From Camelus ferus (taxonomy: Eukaryota), in the NCBI RefSeq assembly GCF_009834535.1, contig NC_045697.1:46626001-46690000 (forward strand): a stretch of DNA of 64,000 bases, in the 5' to 3' direction. Position 1 is the stretch's first letter. Each line of letters starts with the position of its first letter. Under the pieces are notes generated by a model. It had not been told where the DNA came from, ran no database searches, and worked only from the letters and a program-made list of their open reading frames with translations. Positions 1 to 12,219 of the stretch are shown here, one piece after another. Made by a program: the position numbers and the translations under genes.

Positions 1-24
1 TGTTCCTTTGTTTCTGCGTGATAG

Positions 25-71
25 AACAATTATAATGGAAATGTTAGCTCCCAAGTAGCCAAAAGGGATAG
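25..71 (+). pseudogene. Pseudo-exon A (phase 0 to 2), NNYNGNVSSQVAKRD(S)
   Basis: Acceptor ttcctttgtttctgcgtgatAG and donor AG|GTGACT; open frame; phase 2 end fits the next exons. Confidence 0.55.
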
Positions 72-303
72 GTGACTATCTGTCACTCAGAAAATTCAGA
101 CACTAGTCTGCAAGACTCATCTGTCCTCAATGTGAAACCAGAATCTGGAGGGCTGAAGTTCTCACATACCTCTAAATGACAACTTGTCTTACACTAAAAG
201 GCTAGTATTACAGTATCTGTGTTAATTATCAACCATAACAAAGTTTAAGTACTACTCTGTTTTCATTTTGACTGGGTACATGTAGGGGTTCTTTCCGTTC
301 TAG

Positions 304-330
304 CAACCAGGAAAGACCAAGGTGACTTTG
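304..330 (+). pseudogene. Pseudo-exon B, 27-nt micro-exon (phase 2 to 2), (S)NQERPR*L(C)
   Basis: Acceptor ttctttccgttctAG and donor TG|GTGAGG. Joined to exon C it gives PR*LCWVTF, resembling the GT8 first strand KRAYVTF. Confidence 0.5.
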
Positions 331-845
331 GTGAGGAAGCTGCCTTGTGATACTATCATTATCAGTAATTAGCCACACTTAGTAAGCTTCTATTAATCAA
401 ATCCACATCTGGAAAGACTTCCACTAATTCTGTGAGATGAACAGTGTTGTTTGCAAAATTTAAAGCATGAGAGGTAACACTGCATCACCTTAAAAGCTAA
501 CACAAAGCAAAGAGAGAGAAAACCTTATCATTAATGCTTAGATAGCCTTATTTAAACCTGTTCTCTTTAAGATTATATATAACACTTTTACATATAACAG
601 AATGATTAAAATATTCCCCTTGACAAAATTGGAAGCTCCAAAGTAAAAATTTTAAGCTATTTTTATTATCTGTTTTTCTCATATGCTAGTTAACAAGATG
701 CTAGTAAATGCTTAAGCATATTGTAAATAAACAGGCAAAGATGAAAATCTCAGTTTCAGAGCCTGTGAGTATAAATCATTGGCATTTCTAGAAAAGGGGA
801 AAATGTCCAAATTCTGAGGAAGAACAAAGAGGTGAAGAGTGTATA

Positions 846-848
846 TTA

Positions 849-907
<59 letters not shown>
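846..907. repeat. (TTA)n microsatellite, about 20 units
   Basis: Directly visible run of ttattatta... Confidence 0.97.
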
Positions 908-909
<2 letters not shown>

Positions 910-1234
910 CTAGGGAAGGGGAGATAAAGCATCTTGTAAAGAAGAAAATGAATAGCTCCTATTCTCCCATGCCCCTAGTCAAATATTCTGGGTTTCTAGG
1001 CACCTCTGTAGGGACCCATATGCTGGTAGACAGAATTCCCCACTGACAATGAGAGAGAAAAGGTTAGAAAATGATAGCAATCTTTTCAGCTCTAGAGCGA
1101 CTCAGACTGGCATAAAAAGAAAAAGATTCCAAGAGTTAGCAGTATATTCGAAAAAGTCTAGGATTACAAATACTCACTTTCAAACGTGTATCATTTTTAT
1201 CCCCTAGAACAAATTTGGCTCTTTGACTCATCTT

Positions 1235-2200
1235 TGTCTTGAGGTATAACTGACAAATAATATTATATTAGTTTCAGGTGTACAACATGATTCAGTATTT
1301 GTGAATATTGTGAAATGATCACAATAAATCAATTTAACATCCATCACTACACATAGTTACAGAAAAAAATTTTTTCTTGTGATGAGGACTTTAAAGATTT
1401 ACTCTTTTAGCAACTTTCAAATATGCATGACAGTATTATTAACTATAGTCATCATGCTGTACATTGCATCCTGTGACTATTTTATAACTGGAAGTTTGTA
1501 CCATTTGGGCACCTTCGCCCTTTTCACCCATCTCCAACCTCCCACCTCTGGCAACCACCAATCTGTCCCCTGTACCTGTAAGCCTGGTTTGTTGTTGTTG
1601 TTTAAATTCCACGTATAAATGAGATCATATGGCATTTGTCTTTCTCTAACTGACTTATTTCACTTAACATAATGTCTTCAAGGTCATCCACATTGTAGCA
1701 AATGGCAAGATTTCATTCCTTTTTATGGCTGAGTAGTATTTCATTATATATATAATGAAATAACATGTTTACCACATCATCTTTATCCATTCATCCATCT
1801 GTGGACACTTAGATGGTTTCCATATCTTGGCTACTGTAAACAATGCTAAAATGAATACAGGGAAGGAGCATATATCTTTCTAAACCAGTGTTTTCATTTT
1901 CTTTGGATAAACACCGAGGTGGAATTGATGGATCAAATGGTGGTTCTATGTTTTAATATTTTGAGGAAATTCCATACTGTTTCCATAGTGGCTGGAAATT
2001 ACCAATTTACATTCCCACCAAAACCCTTTTCTCCACCTTCTCCTCAATACTTGTTATTTATTTATTGTTTTTTGGATAATAGCCATTCTAACATGTGTGA
2101 GCTGATATCTCATTTTGATTTGCTTTTGCCTGGTAATAAGTGACACTGAATGTCTTTTCATGTACCTGTTGGCCATCTATGTTTTCTTTGGAAAAATGAC
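1235..2200 (-). mobile_element. 5'-truncated L1 (L1MA-like 3' UTR and ORF2 end) with 10-bp TSD
   Basis: Reverse-strand L1 3' end text (gtttcaggtgtacaacatgattcagtattt...ttccatatcttggctactgtaaacaatgct). Direct repeat gactcatctt at 1225-1234 and 2201-2210. Confidence 0.9.
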
Positions 2201-2334
2201 GACTCATCTTAGCCAACTACACTACCCCACGCTTTATTTAATTATAGTAGCTCCTGACCCAAATCTCCCCAAAAAACTACATTTAGACATAATTTAGCAC
2301 GGCACCTACTATCTATATGCTTCCTATTCTAGAT

Positions 2335-2465
2335 GTAGTGGAAAGAGCACCAGACTTAGTGGACCTGGATAAAAATCTGAAGGCTACCATGCTCTAGTCA
2401 GGGAAGCTGGGGCGATTAATTAAACCTCACTGAGTCCTGTTTCTCTCCTCTAGGTCTACTGCAAG
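2335..2465 (+). mobile_element. MIR SINE fragment
   Basis: gtagtggaaagagcaccagact...taaacctcactgagtcctgtttctc resembles the MIR head and core. Confidence 0.65.
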
Positions 2466-3287
2466 GGTCATCTCATTTCATGCTTTTAAAATTTCTCTAC
2501 AAATGAAAAGAATGATGTTCTTGTAAAATGAAATAAAGGTCTGAAAATTCTTCCAACCATCCTAGTAATGTATTGCCTACCATTTCAGCACCTTCATTAG
2601 TCTATCATTGTTTTTTTCTAGTGGAAACACATCTCAGTTACTAATTAAAGTTAATGATAACACTGGATTCAATTTTTCTATTTTTCTTCATTAACCAAAG
2701 CTCCTATTAAACTATATTAATTCCAAAAGCTTACTGATGCTAGTTATTGTTATTATTATTATTTTATGATAAATATGTCAATATATTTAAACTATGTACT
2801 ATGTTTTACTCAAAAATTCAATAAAAGTTAAAAAAAAAAAAAGAACCTGGCTTCCTAGCCAACTGATATCATTGTAAAGTCATTCCATTCCTGGTACTAA
2901 ACTGTTTATAATGGTTTCAAATCATTTAATGTAGTAAAAACACACAGTAAGATGTGTAGTATCTTTCCAGAGCAGCCTTCATTATGTGCCACACTTGGTA
3001 ATAAAAAAAATACCTCCTCTCATATGCCCATGGTTGGCAGATACAGTTTCTGAATGGTCCACTAATCTCAAACACTTGCTCCCAACCTCACTGCCTAGCT
3101 ACAATTTGTACCTTAATCTCAACCATTTAGCTCAGTAGCCCAGTGTTTCTTGGCATCATCTACTTTTCACTTAAATACCCCTTTGCCTCACCTTCCTGTC
3201 TTGGCATATATACAAAGAACCCTTAACAGAACACCACTCCCAATTCAACCACAGCCACAGGACATTTGCTCCCATATATTGCTCCAA

Positions 3288-3960
3288 CTTACTCATTCAA
3301 CAAATATTTATTGAGAGCCACCAGGTAATGCTTTAAGGACTATGGATACAGTAGTGAATAAAAGAACAAAGATCCCTACTCTTATAGAGGTTACAGTCTC
3401 TGGAGGAAGTGGGAGAGAGACTGTAAACAACAATCTAATAAATAAGTAAACTATTTAGTATGTTAGATGATAAAAGTGATGGGAAAAACAACAGAATAAG
3501 AGAATTGGGAGTACCAATTTTGATGGTATTAGAAGGAAACAGAGTGGTCAGGATAGGCTTCAGTGAGATGCTGAGTTCTAGGCAAAGCTTTGAAGCAGTG
3601 AGGGAGTAGGTGTCACAGATATTTAGAGTGAGACTGTTTCTCTGGGGAAGTGTAATGGTGAGTACAATGACAGAAGAATAGGCAAGGTAATTAAGAATTC
3701 ATATAAGGGAACAATTTTAGTGACTTGCCAATAAATATTAACTAGATAAAGAGGGAAGTAAATACATGAAGAGTGAGAAATAATAAAAAGTTGGTAACAC
3801 AATAAACTGTAGATCACAGTGGGAATGAAAGACTGTAGAAGTGGGAATTCTTGAAGATGGAGACTAGAAATACAGGAGTGGTGATCAGAAAGTGACATGC
3901 TTAAAACCGAGATAGTAGATGGCTACATTTCTTGATATTGATAGGATCTAGGATATGACC
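3288..3960 (-). mobile_element. L2 LINE 3' fragment
   Basis: cattcaacaaatatttattgag is the reverse complement of the L2 3' terminus, followed by typical L2 sequence. Confidence 0.8.
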
Positions 3961-3984
3961 ACGCCCAAAAGTCCTAAGGTAACA

Positions 3985-4845
3985 AAGTTTATTTAAAGAC
4001 ATAATGACTGAGAACTTTCCAAATCTGGAGAGACATTTGGACATGCAAGTTCATAGATCCCACCATAATTTCACCCCAAATAATCTTCTTCAAGACACAT
4101 TATAATACAACAGTCTAAAATCAAAGACAAAGAAAAAATTTAAAGCAGCAAGAGAAAATAAGATTCCTTACATACAAGAGGACCCCCATAAGTCTATGAG
4201 CAGGTTTCTCAGCGGGAAACTTGCAGGCCAGGAGAGAGTGAGATGATACATTCAAAGTGCTGAAAGATTTAAAAAAAACAAAAAAACAAAAAGAAAGAAA
4301 ACAAAAAAAACCCCAACCTTCTAATCAAGAATAATTTTCCCAGCAAAGTTGCCCTTCATAAATGAAAGAGATAAAAACTTTTCCAAACAAAAGCTAAGGG
4401 AGTTCATCACCATTGGATCTCTCTTACAAGAAATGCTGAAAGGAATTCCTCAGGCTGAAATAAAGAATGCTAATCAGTAACATGAAAATGTATGAAAATA
4501 TAAAACACGCTGGTAAAGGTAAGTACATGATCAAATTCAGAATACTCTAATACTGTAATATTGTGGGGTGTTAATCACTTAACTCTAGTATAAAGTTAAA
4601 GGACAAAATATTAATAATAACTATAATTTGTTAACAGATACACAGCATAAAAAGAGGTAAATTGTGACATCAAAAACATAAAATTTGGGGAAGGAGGAAG
4701 TAAAAAAGGTAGAGTTTTATATGTGATCAAAGTTAAATTGTTATCAGCTTAAACTGCTGTTTCTGTAAGATGTTTTATGTAAGCCTCATGGTAACAATAA
4801 AGCCCAAATCTATGGTAGATACACAAAATATAAAGATAAAGGAAT
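3985..4845 (+). mobile_element. L1 ORF1 C-terminal half and inter-ORF fragment
   Basis: ataatgactgagaactttccaaatctgg (IMTENFPNL) and ttgcaggccaggagagagtg (LQARRE) are L1 ORF1p motifs; decayed. Confidence 0.9.
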
Positions 4846-5735
4846 CAAAGAAATATTCCCCTGTTCCCCTTCCCGGGCAGTCTGACCACTCCCAGCCATG
4901 AGCAACCATTGATCTGATTTCTGTCATCATAGATTAGATTTGTCTTCTCTAGGACTTCATATAAATGAAACCATACAATATATATACTATTTTGTGTTTG
5001 GATTCTTACACTCAGCATATTTTTGAGATTCATCCATGTTGCTGCATATATTATTAGCACATTCCTTTTTATTGCCAAGTAATGCTCCATTGTATTTTAT
5101 ATATATATGCATTTTGTTATATATATATATTGCAATTTGTTTACCCACTCATCTATCGAATGTCTGGATTGTTTCCATTTTGGGGCTATTTTGAATAAAG
5201 CTGCCATGAGCATTAGTTGACAGACCTTTGTGAAAACATGTATTTTTATTTCTCCTGAGTAAATACCTAGAAATGGGATTGCTGGGCAATATGATACATG
5301 TATGGTTGACTTCATAATAAACCACTAAACTGTATCTAAAGCAACTGCACTATATTGCATTCTCAGTAGCAATGTGTGAAAGTTTGAATTCTTCTCATTC
5401 CTGCAAACACTCAATATGGTTAATCTTTTAAATTTTAGCCATTCTAAGGTGTGTAGTGTTATTTATAGTTTAAATTTTTATTTCCTGATGACTGCTGATG
5501 TTGGGCCTCCTTTTGTGTGCTTGTAAGATGCCTGTATGTCTTCTTTTATGATGTGTCTGTTCAGATGGTTTGCTTAATTTTATTGGATAATTTTTCTTTT
5601 TGAGTTTTGAGAGTTATGTTTGTATATTGTGTATTGTGGCTCTAAGTATATATGTATTATTCTTTCATTCTGTGGCTTGTTTTTTCATTCTCTCAGTGGT
5701 GTCTTTCAAAGAGCATATGTTTTACTCTTGATGTG
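4846..5735 (-). mobile_element. Old L1 (L1MD/ME-like) 3' region
   Basis: Minus-strand ORFs MEHYLAIKRN...ATWMNLKNMLS and PAIPFLGIYS...AALFKIAPKWKQ are the L1 ORF2p C-terminus. Confidence 0.9.
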
Positions 5736-5744
5736 ACCATTGAG

Positions 5745-6790
5745 TTTTTTTTTAATAGACTTTATTTTTTAGACCAGTTTTAGGTTCACAGAAAAACTAA
5801 CCAGAAATTAGAGTTCTCATATACTCCCTGCCCTGACCACAATTTCCCCCACTATCAACATCCTGTACCAGAGTTAAAATCTATGAACCTACATTGACAC
5901 ATCGTTATCACTCAAAGACTGTAGTTTACATTAGCATTCACATTTGGTGTTTTACATTCTGTGGGTTCTGAAAAATGTATAATGACATGTGCCCACCATA
6001 TGGTATCATACAGCATAGTTTCACAGCCCTAAAAATACTCTGTTTCACCTATTTCTCTTTCCTTCTCTCCATTCCTAGGAAATACTAATCTTATTACTGT
6101 CTCCATAGTTATGCCTTTTAAAAAATGTCAAATAGTCAGAATCATGCAATAAGTAGCCTTTTCTGATTGGCTACTTCTACTTAGTAATATGCATTTAAGT
6201 TTCCTCCATGTCTTCTCCATGGCTAGATACTTCATTTCTTTTTAGTGCTGACAAGTATTCCATTGTCTGGATGTACCACAGTTTATTTACTCATTTACCT
6301 ACTGATAGACATCTTGATTGCTTCCAAGTTTTGGCAATTATGGATAAAACTGCAATAAACATTCATGTGCAGGTTTTTGTGTGTACATAAGTTTTCAACT
6401 CATTTGGGTAAATAACCAAGGTACATCATTGATGGATCATATGGTAAGAGTATATTTAGTTTTATAAGAAAAGGCCAAACTGTCTTCCAAAGTGGCTGTA
6501 CCATTTTGCATTCCTGCCAGCAATGATGAGGGTGTCTGTTGCTCTATGTTATTGCAAGCATTTAGTGATATCAGTTGGAGTTTTGCCTTTTTAATAGACA
6601 TATAGTGGTATCTCATTGTTTAAAATGCAATTCCCTGATGACATATGATGTTAAACATTATTTCATATGCTTATTTTCCATCTGTATATATTCTTCAGTG
6701 AGGTATCTGTTCATATCTTTTACCCATTTTTAATAGAATTGCTTGCTTTTTTGTTGTTGAGTTTTAAGAACATTTTGCATATTTTTGAGA
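5745..6790 (-). mobile_element. L1MC-like 3' end
   Basis: tttttaatagactttattttttagaccagttttaggttcacag is typical of a reversed L1MC terminus; ORF2-end sequence follows. Confidence 0.88.
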
Positions 6791-6799
6791 GACATAACA

Positions 6800-9262
6800 T
6801 AGGATTTGAGTGTTGACCTTATGTCCTCTGACCTTACTGAACTTATATGTTAGTCCTAGCAGTTTTGTTTGTTTTTTAAATCCTTTGGAATTTTTTTTCC
6901 ATTCCAATATGTATGCCTTATGTATATTGGTCTGCTTCATGATGTCTTATAAATCCCTTAAGCTTTCTTCACTCTTTCTCTTTTCTTTTCTTTCCTTTGA
7001 TCTTGTTTTTCCTTGTATATTCTTTTAACGCCACTGATTATTTCCAATTATCTGTTTTTCAGTTAATTGATACTTTCTCCTAGTTGACCTAGTCTACTAT
7101 TGAGCCACTCTAGTGAAATTTTCAGTCAGTTATTGTGTTCTTCAGCTCCATGATTTCTGTTTGGCACTTTTTAATATTTTCTATCTCTGTTGAAATTCTT
7201 GCTTTGTTCATGTATTGTTCACGCATTGTTCTACTGAACACAGAGAACATCTTTAAGACAGTTATTTTGAATTCTGTATCAGGTAGATCATATAACTTCA
7301 TTTCATTAGGGTCAGTTTCTTAAGATTTATCTTATTCCCATGTTTGGAAAATCTCTGCCTGATTTTTAATTTTCCTTGATACTCTGTGTCATTATCTGCA
7401 CTTTAGACAAAGCAGTCATCTCTCCCAGTCTTCATGGATCTGCTTCGTACAGGAGAAAATCCCCACCAATCAGCTTGGGCAGAGATTCTGGGGGCTTCTA
7501 CCAACTCTCTCTTTCCCGAAGGAGAAGCAAGCAGCTGTGTTTTTTATCTGCTTGCTCTCTGATGGTCTGGGGTGAAGGGAGACCCATCGTGTTTAGCCAT
7601 TCAAACTGCCATTGCTCTTCTCCCCCAGGTAGTTAGATAAAACCAGACCCATCAGAGCTCCTAGACTGGCAAGACAGGTAACAGTTCTTCAGGCAGCCCC
7701 AGAGCAGTTGGGATGCTAGATGCATGAATCAACTTTTTCCCTCCACAGACAGGAACTGTGAGCTGGGATTTTTTTTTGTCTGCTCTCTCCCCCTGTTCTG
7801 AACAGGCAGTAGAATCTATGATGTCTATCAATCTAAACTTCTGTCTCTCTTCTCCCCCAGGTGGTTAAACTGTGTCAGAACCAACAGAACTCCAAGTTCA
7901 CTTAGGCTATCTTCACTCTTTTTTCATTCTTATTTGTTGCTGTTCTCTTCTGACTGGATAATTCAAATGGCCTGTCTTCTCAAAAATTCTTTCTTCTGTT
8001 TGATGCAGTCTGATATTGATGTTCTCTACTGCAGTTTTCATTTCATTCATTGTATTCTTCAGGTCTGGAATTTCTGTTTGGTTCATTTTTATTATTTCTA
8101 TCTCTCCATTAAATGTCTCATTTTGTTCATGTACTGTCTTCCTGATTTTACTGAACTGTCTTTCTGTATTTTCGTGTAGCTCACTGAGCTTTTTGTAAAA
8201 CAACTACTTTAGATTCTTTACTGAGAAAATAGCAGATCTCCATTTCTTTGGGGTGGGCTACTAGAAAATTATTGTGTTCCTTATGTGGTATCACGTTTTC
8301 TTGACTTTTGAAGTCCCTTGAAGCCTTGCATTTCTCTCTTTACACCTGAAGATGTTGTTACTTCCTCCAGTCTCTACTGACTGGCTTTGGGAGAGAAATA
8401 CTTTCTTTCAGCTTTGTTGGGGATTTTGAAGCTTTCTCAGATCTTTTCTATAGATACACCTGCTCTACACTTCTTTCTCCCTTTTGAGAAGGATTTCCTA
8501 AGATTCCATGCCTACAAAGCCAGGCCGGGTATGACAGCTTCCTTTTTGCTTTCCCTAGAATGGTGCTGAATGCTCAGTTTGTGTGCTTTCTGCAATCCCA
8601 CAGTCGGTTGACTTTCTGTGTATGCTCACTCACTGTCTGCAAAGGCTTGCTCTTGCCACCCTCAGGGACATGCACAGAGAGCAGGCTATGAGAGCAGGTC
8701 TGAGTGGGTGAGGCACGTGAAGCACTGGGAGTGTCTGTGGGATAGTGGATGGGATCTTCAGACAATGCATTCCCTGGCTTGTGGGTGGACTTCCTGATGG
8801 GGATCTGTGAAGGAGTTAGTAGTATCCACCTCCCTTTGATATGTTTCACTCAGAACCTGGCTGCTGCTCTCCCAGCCACTTACTGGCCCTCAGTCATGCA
8901 GCTCATGACTCAGCATTCTGGATTTTGTGAGAAAGAAAAGGGCCTCTCTGGTAGAGTCCTTCACAGCTAAGGAAACCAAGCATTCACTCACACTTTCTCA
9001 CTTTCCCATCAGAGAAATCATGGGTCAAGAAGGTCTCTCTTGGCACTAAGCCTGGCACTTAGCTTGATGTGGATGAAGAGGATCTGTTCCTTTTATCCTC
9101 TTCAGTGCATCTAATCTCAGACTTTTTTGCTCCAAAAGTTGTAACATCTCCACTGGATTCCCAAACTTCCAAAAAGGCCCTCTCCTATGTGGGTGATTGT
9201 CAAAATTGATGTTCTTTGAGGGACGATGGTAGAAAATTATTTCATCCTGTTGATGATGTCAC
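6800..9262 (-). mobile_element. L1 ORF1 N-terminal fragments and 5' UTR, two pieces, with about 240-bp-spaced 5' UTR repeats
   Basis: ORF 7913-8203(-) is an L1 ORF1p coiled coil (IEIIKMNQTEIPDLKNTMNEMK...EERI). A similar piece lies at 7090-7330, and tctcttctcccccaggt recurs near 7615 and 7847. Confidence 0.85.
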
Positions 9263-9274
9263 AACACAAATATA

Positions 9275-9407
9275 CTTTCTATATTTCGGTTGTGGTAAGG
9301 GTTACATGGGTATATAAATCAGTTAAACTCATTAAAATGTACATTCAAAGTAGATGCTTTTTATTGTATTTAAATTATACCACAACAAAACTGATTAAGA
9401 AAAAAAC
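9275..9407 (+). mobile_element. L1ME-like 3' terminus with A tail
   Basis: ggttacatgggtatataa...ttattgtatttaaattataccacaacaaaactgattaagaaaaaaa. Confidence 0.7.
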
Positions 9408-9419
9408 CCTCAATGGTTG

Positions 9420-9975
9420 TATTAACAGGACTAATGTTTTCTAGTGACTAAATGCATCCTAAACTTGAGCCACAAAATTTATTGGTTCATATGACGAAAT
9501 ATGTAAGTCACAGAACCAAACTAGGAGAAAGGCAGAAGGGAAGCCTACCTCAAATAAAACAGGAGCTAGGGATCCAAATGTTGGCAGGGTTCTTCTTTCT
9601 CCTTTCAGGAGTATCTCTATTTACTGGCCTCGATTTCCCAAACTGGCATAAACAATACAGCTGATATCTCCTGGACTTAAATTCTTATAGCTTCATGACC
9701 AGAAAAAATATCTTTCCTATTTATTCAAATTTGAAAAATCTAGAACAGGTCTCTGATTGGCTCAGCTTGGGCCATGTGGTCAGTTCTTGACCAATCACTG
9801 TGGCAAAGGATTTACAATAATATTATTGGCTCAGATTAAGGTAAGTGGTGAGTCCTTAACCAAATGCTCTGATGAGAAAGGCAAAGTTATACAATGAGGA
9901 AATGGGTATCTTTAGAATTCACGTTAAAGCCAGAGGCAGGAGAGAGGAAGTTTTCTCAAAGATAAAAATAGCACA
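9420..9975 (-). mobile_element. MaLR LTR (old MLT1J/K-like)
   Basis: tctgattggctcagcttgggccatgtggtcagttcttgaccaatcactgtggc motif. Confidence 0.65.
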
Positions 9976-10329
9976 GACAAGGTTGCTGAATCATTAAAAT
10001 CTAAAAATCTACTCCTATTGGTTCATCCCACAGTGGGCATTAAAGAAACATATTAAATATTCTCTAGGTTTGTGTCCCACTGGGACAGTCAATTCATAAT
10101 GTATTTACTTTCCATCTCTAAACTTCTTATCTACCAAGAATGTGAACATTTTAATTCGCTAAAAGTTGGTCAGGCTTTTCTACACATGTTATAAAGCAAG
10201 AGAACAATTATTCCTATAATTGTATAACTGCTTGGTTCAAATAAAGAGATGAATCCACTTAGACATCATCACGTCCCTTCTTACTTGCATACTGTAACAT
10301 TGCTACACTGCTGGATTTTTTTTCTAAAG

Positions 10330-10744
10330 CTGGGTTACATTCACTGCAGATGGTACATCTGACTTTAGAGCAGGTGTTGTAGCAGGTCTGGCCCACAGCA
10401 TCCTGATGCTTATCACCTGGACAGTTTCCAGCCACAGATTGGACTTTGAGTTTTTCAGGAGATTGTCAGGGAGATTGATAGTGTGAGCCATATTGGAATT
10501 ACCCATGATAAATGACACAATTTCCTCCACTCTTCTCAAAAGACAAGCTGTGAATCACAAGACTGTTCAGTTAAACTTGATGAGTATCTCTTTCCATGTG
10601 GAAGATGCCTAAAACCACATTTACATGCAGACTGGGGTCAGCTGAACAAATCAGAGCACCTAAGCTTCATTGACTCACTCCTGGGATATGGAAACCAATT
10701 AATGGAGTACAACCCAAGATTTGCAGACCTGAAGGATATTCATG
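10330..10744 (+). pseudogene. Pseudo-exon C (phase 2 to 1, one net frameshift), N-terminal part of a GT8-like domain
   Basis: Acceptor ttttttttctaaAG and donor G|GTAAAA. One frame reads WVTFTADGTSDFRAGVVAGLAHSILMLITWTVSSHRLDFEFFRRLSGRLIV*AILELP. The next frame reads VKLDEYLFPC...SLLGYGNQLMEYNPRFADLKDIH. The 415-nt length implies a frameshift. Confidence 0.8.
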
Positions 10745-10814
10745 GTAAAAATTCTTTTTGTGATTTAATTTGGCAACTGTTACCTCTTTCATGCTCAGCA
10801 CTGTGTCAGGTTTT

Positions 10815-11254
10815 ATTAGTTAGCTTAGGCTAGGCTGCAGTAACAAAGTCTGAAATCTCAGTAGTTCAATACAATAAAATTTCAGTGCTTACTTATTTAA
10901 CAGCCCAATGATATTGGTGATGTGGGGAGGGGAGGGACAGTGGCAGAGTCTGCTCTAAGCAGTCATAACACTTAGACTTAAACACACAAGATTTTTCTAT
11001 CTCAGTGCCTCTAAATTTAACAGGTCCCCAGAATCATCATGGAAGAAGAAGAAAATTATAAATTATATGTGAGAAATTTTTATGGGATGGATATGGAAAT
11101 AATATCTACCAATTATACCATATTCATTGTGTAAAACTGGATTACATATCCCTAATCTAACTGCAAGGGGGAATAAAATGTAACTTAGCTGTATGTCCAG
11201 AAAAAAAGAAGAAAAGAGAAATGGATATTGGTGATTATTAGCAATCTCTGCCAT
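10815..11254 (-). mobile_element. MaLR LTR (old MLT1 type)
   Basis: Starts tattagttagcttaggctaggctgcagtaacaaa...aaatctcagt and ends ggatattggtgattattagcaatctctgcca. Confidence 0.75.
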
Positions 11255-11637
11255 GCAAGCAGTGAAGGAATGCAAATTAGAAAACAGCAAGCCAACTGAA
11301 AATGAGAATCTCCTCAAATGACATCAGTGACTTTTCACCTGCAAGGATGATGCTTCATTTTGTTTCTTTATTACCAACGGATCAAGTTCCCTTCTAGAAT
11401 GAGTAAAACTATTTCTTAAACCCAAAAGAAAAACACATTAAAATTTCCAAAATCTCAATATTACCAGCTCAACTATCATAGAGAATGGTCTAAGTAATTT
11501 GTCATCTTTAAGTATCCTTAAGCTAGAAGGCAAGTAAAATCCAGTTAACAGATTTATCAAAAAAGAAAAGGTTCATTATAAAATTTTCAGTACATTTAAG
11601 AAAAGAAACCAGTAATACCATCCATTAACTATTTTCT

Positions 11638-12075
11638 TGGCCATCTTGATGGGGTTATAGATAATCCTGCTTTCTCTTGATTGATTCATGATAAATTGTT
11701 TTTATTAATAAAATTTTACTAGGAAATTAGCCCTCAACCCAACCTCCTGAAATTTAGAAGCATGGGTGATATTTTACAGCCAAGTGCAGTGGGAGGCTGG
11801 GAGAGCAACTTCTGACTACTTCTGGAACATCAGAGGAGGCTTTTATCGTGATCTGGGGGGCCTCAGTAGGAAGGGCAGTAATGTTCATGCTGTCCCTGAC
11901 TTCACCCACCACAGCTTTCCTGCCTAAAGATCTGAATTGTTGTACCACATCACTATATATCACCACATCTAACCTTATAGCAACAAGCTTCTCCTGGCCA
12001 TCTTGATGGGGTTATAGATAATCCTGCTTTCTCTTAGTTCATTCATAATTTTTTAAATGAAATTTTACTAGGAAA
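11638..12075. repeat. Direct repeat of about 85 bp (41-bp identical core at 11638-11678 and 11995-12035)
   Basis: tggccatcttgatggggttatagataatcctgctttctctt occurs twice, 357 bp apart; both copies continue to aaattttactaggaaa. Confidence 0.95.
11758..12010 (+). pseudogene. Pseudo-exon D (phase 1 to 2), C-terminal part of the GT8-like domain
   Basis: Acceptor ccctcaacccaacctcctgaaatttAG and weak donor GG|GTTATA. Reads (E)AWVIFYSQVQWEAGRATSDYFWNIRGGFYRDLGGLSRKGSNVHAVPDFTHHSFPA*RSELLYHITIYHHI*PYSNKLLLAILM(G); an alternative frame gives LGEQLL just before DYFW. Confidence 0.75.
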
Positions 12076-12219
12076 AAGAGATGAAGAGGAGGAAAGAGAG
12101 ATACTAAAGAGAAATAACATTTGAGAGAAAAAAAAAATATATATATAAATGCTATTGCAGATTTAGAAATCTTATGCAAATTCAATAGACAGCCAGTAAA
12201 AAATATAATAGAGTATTAT

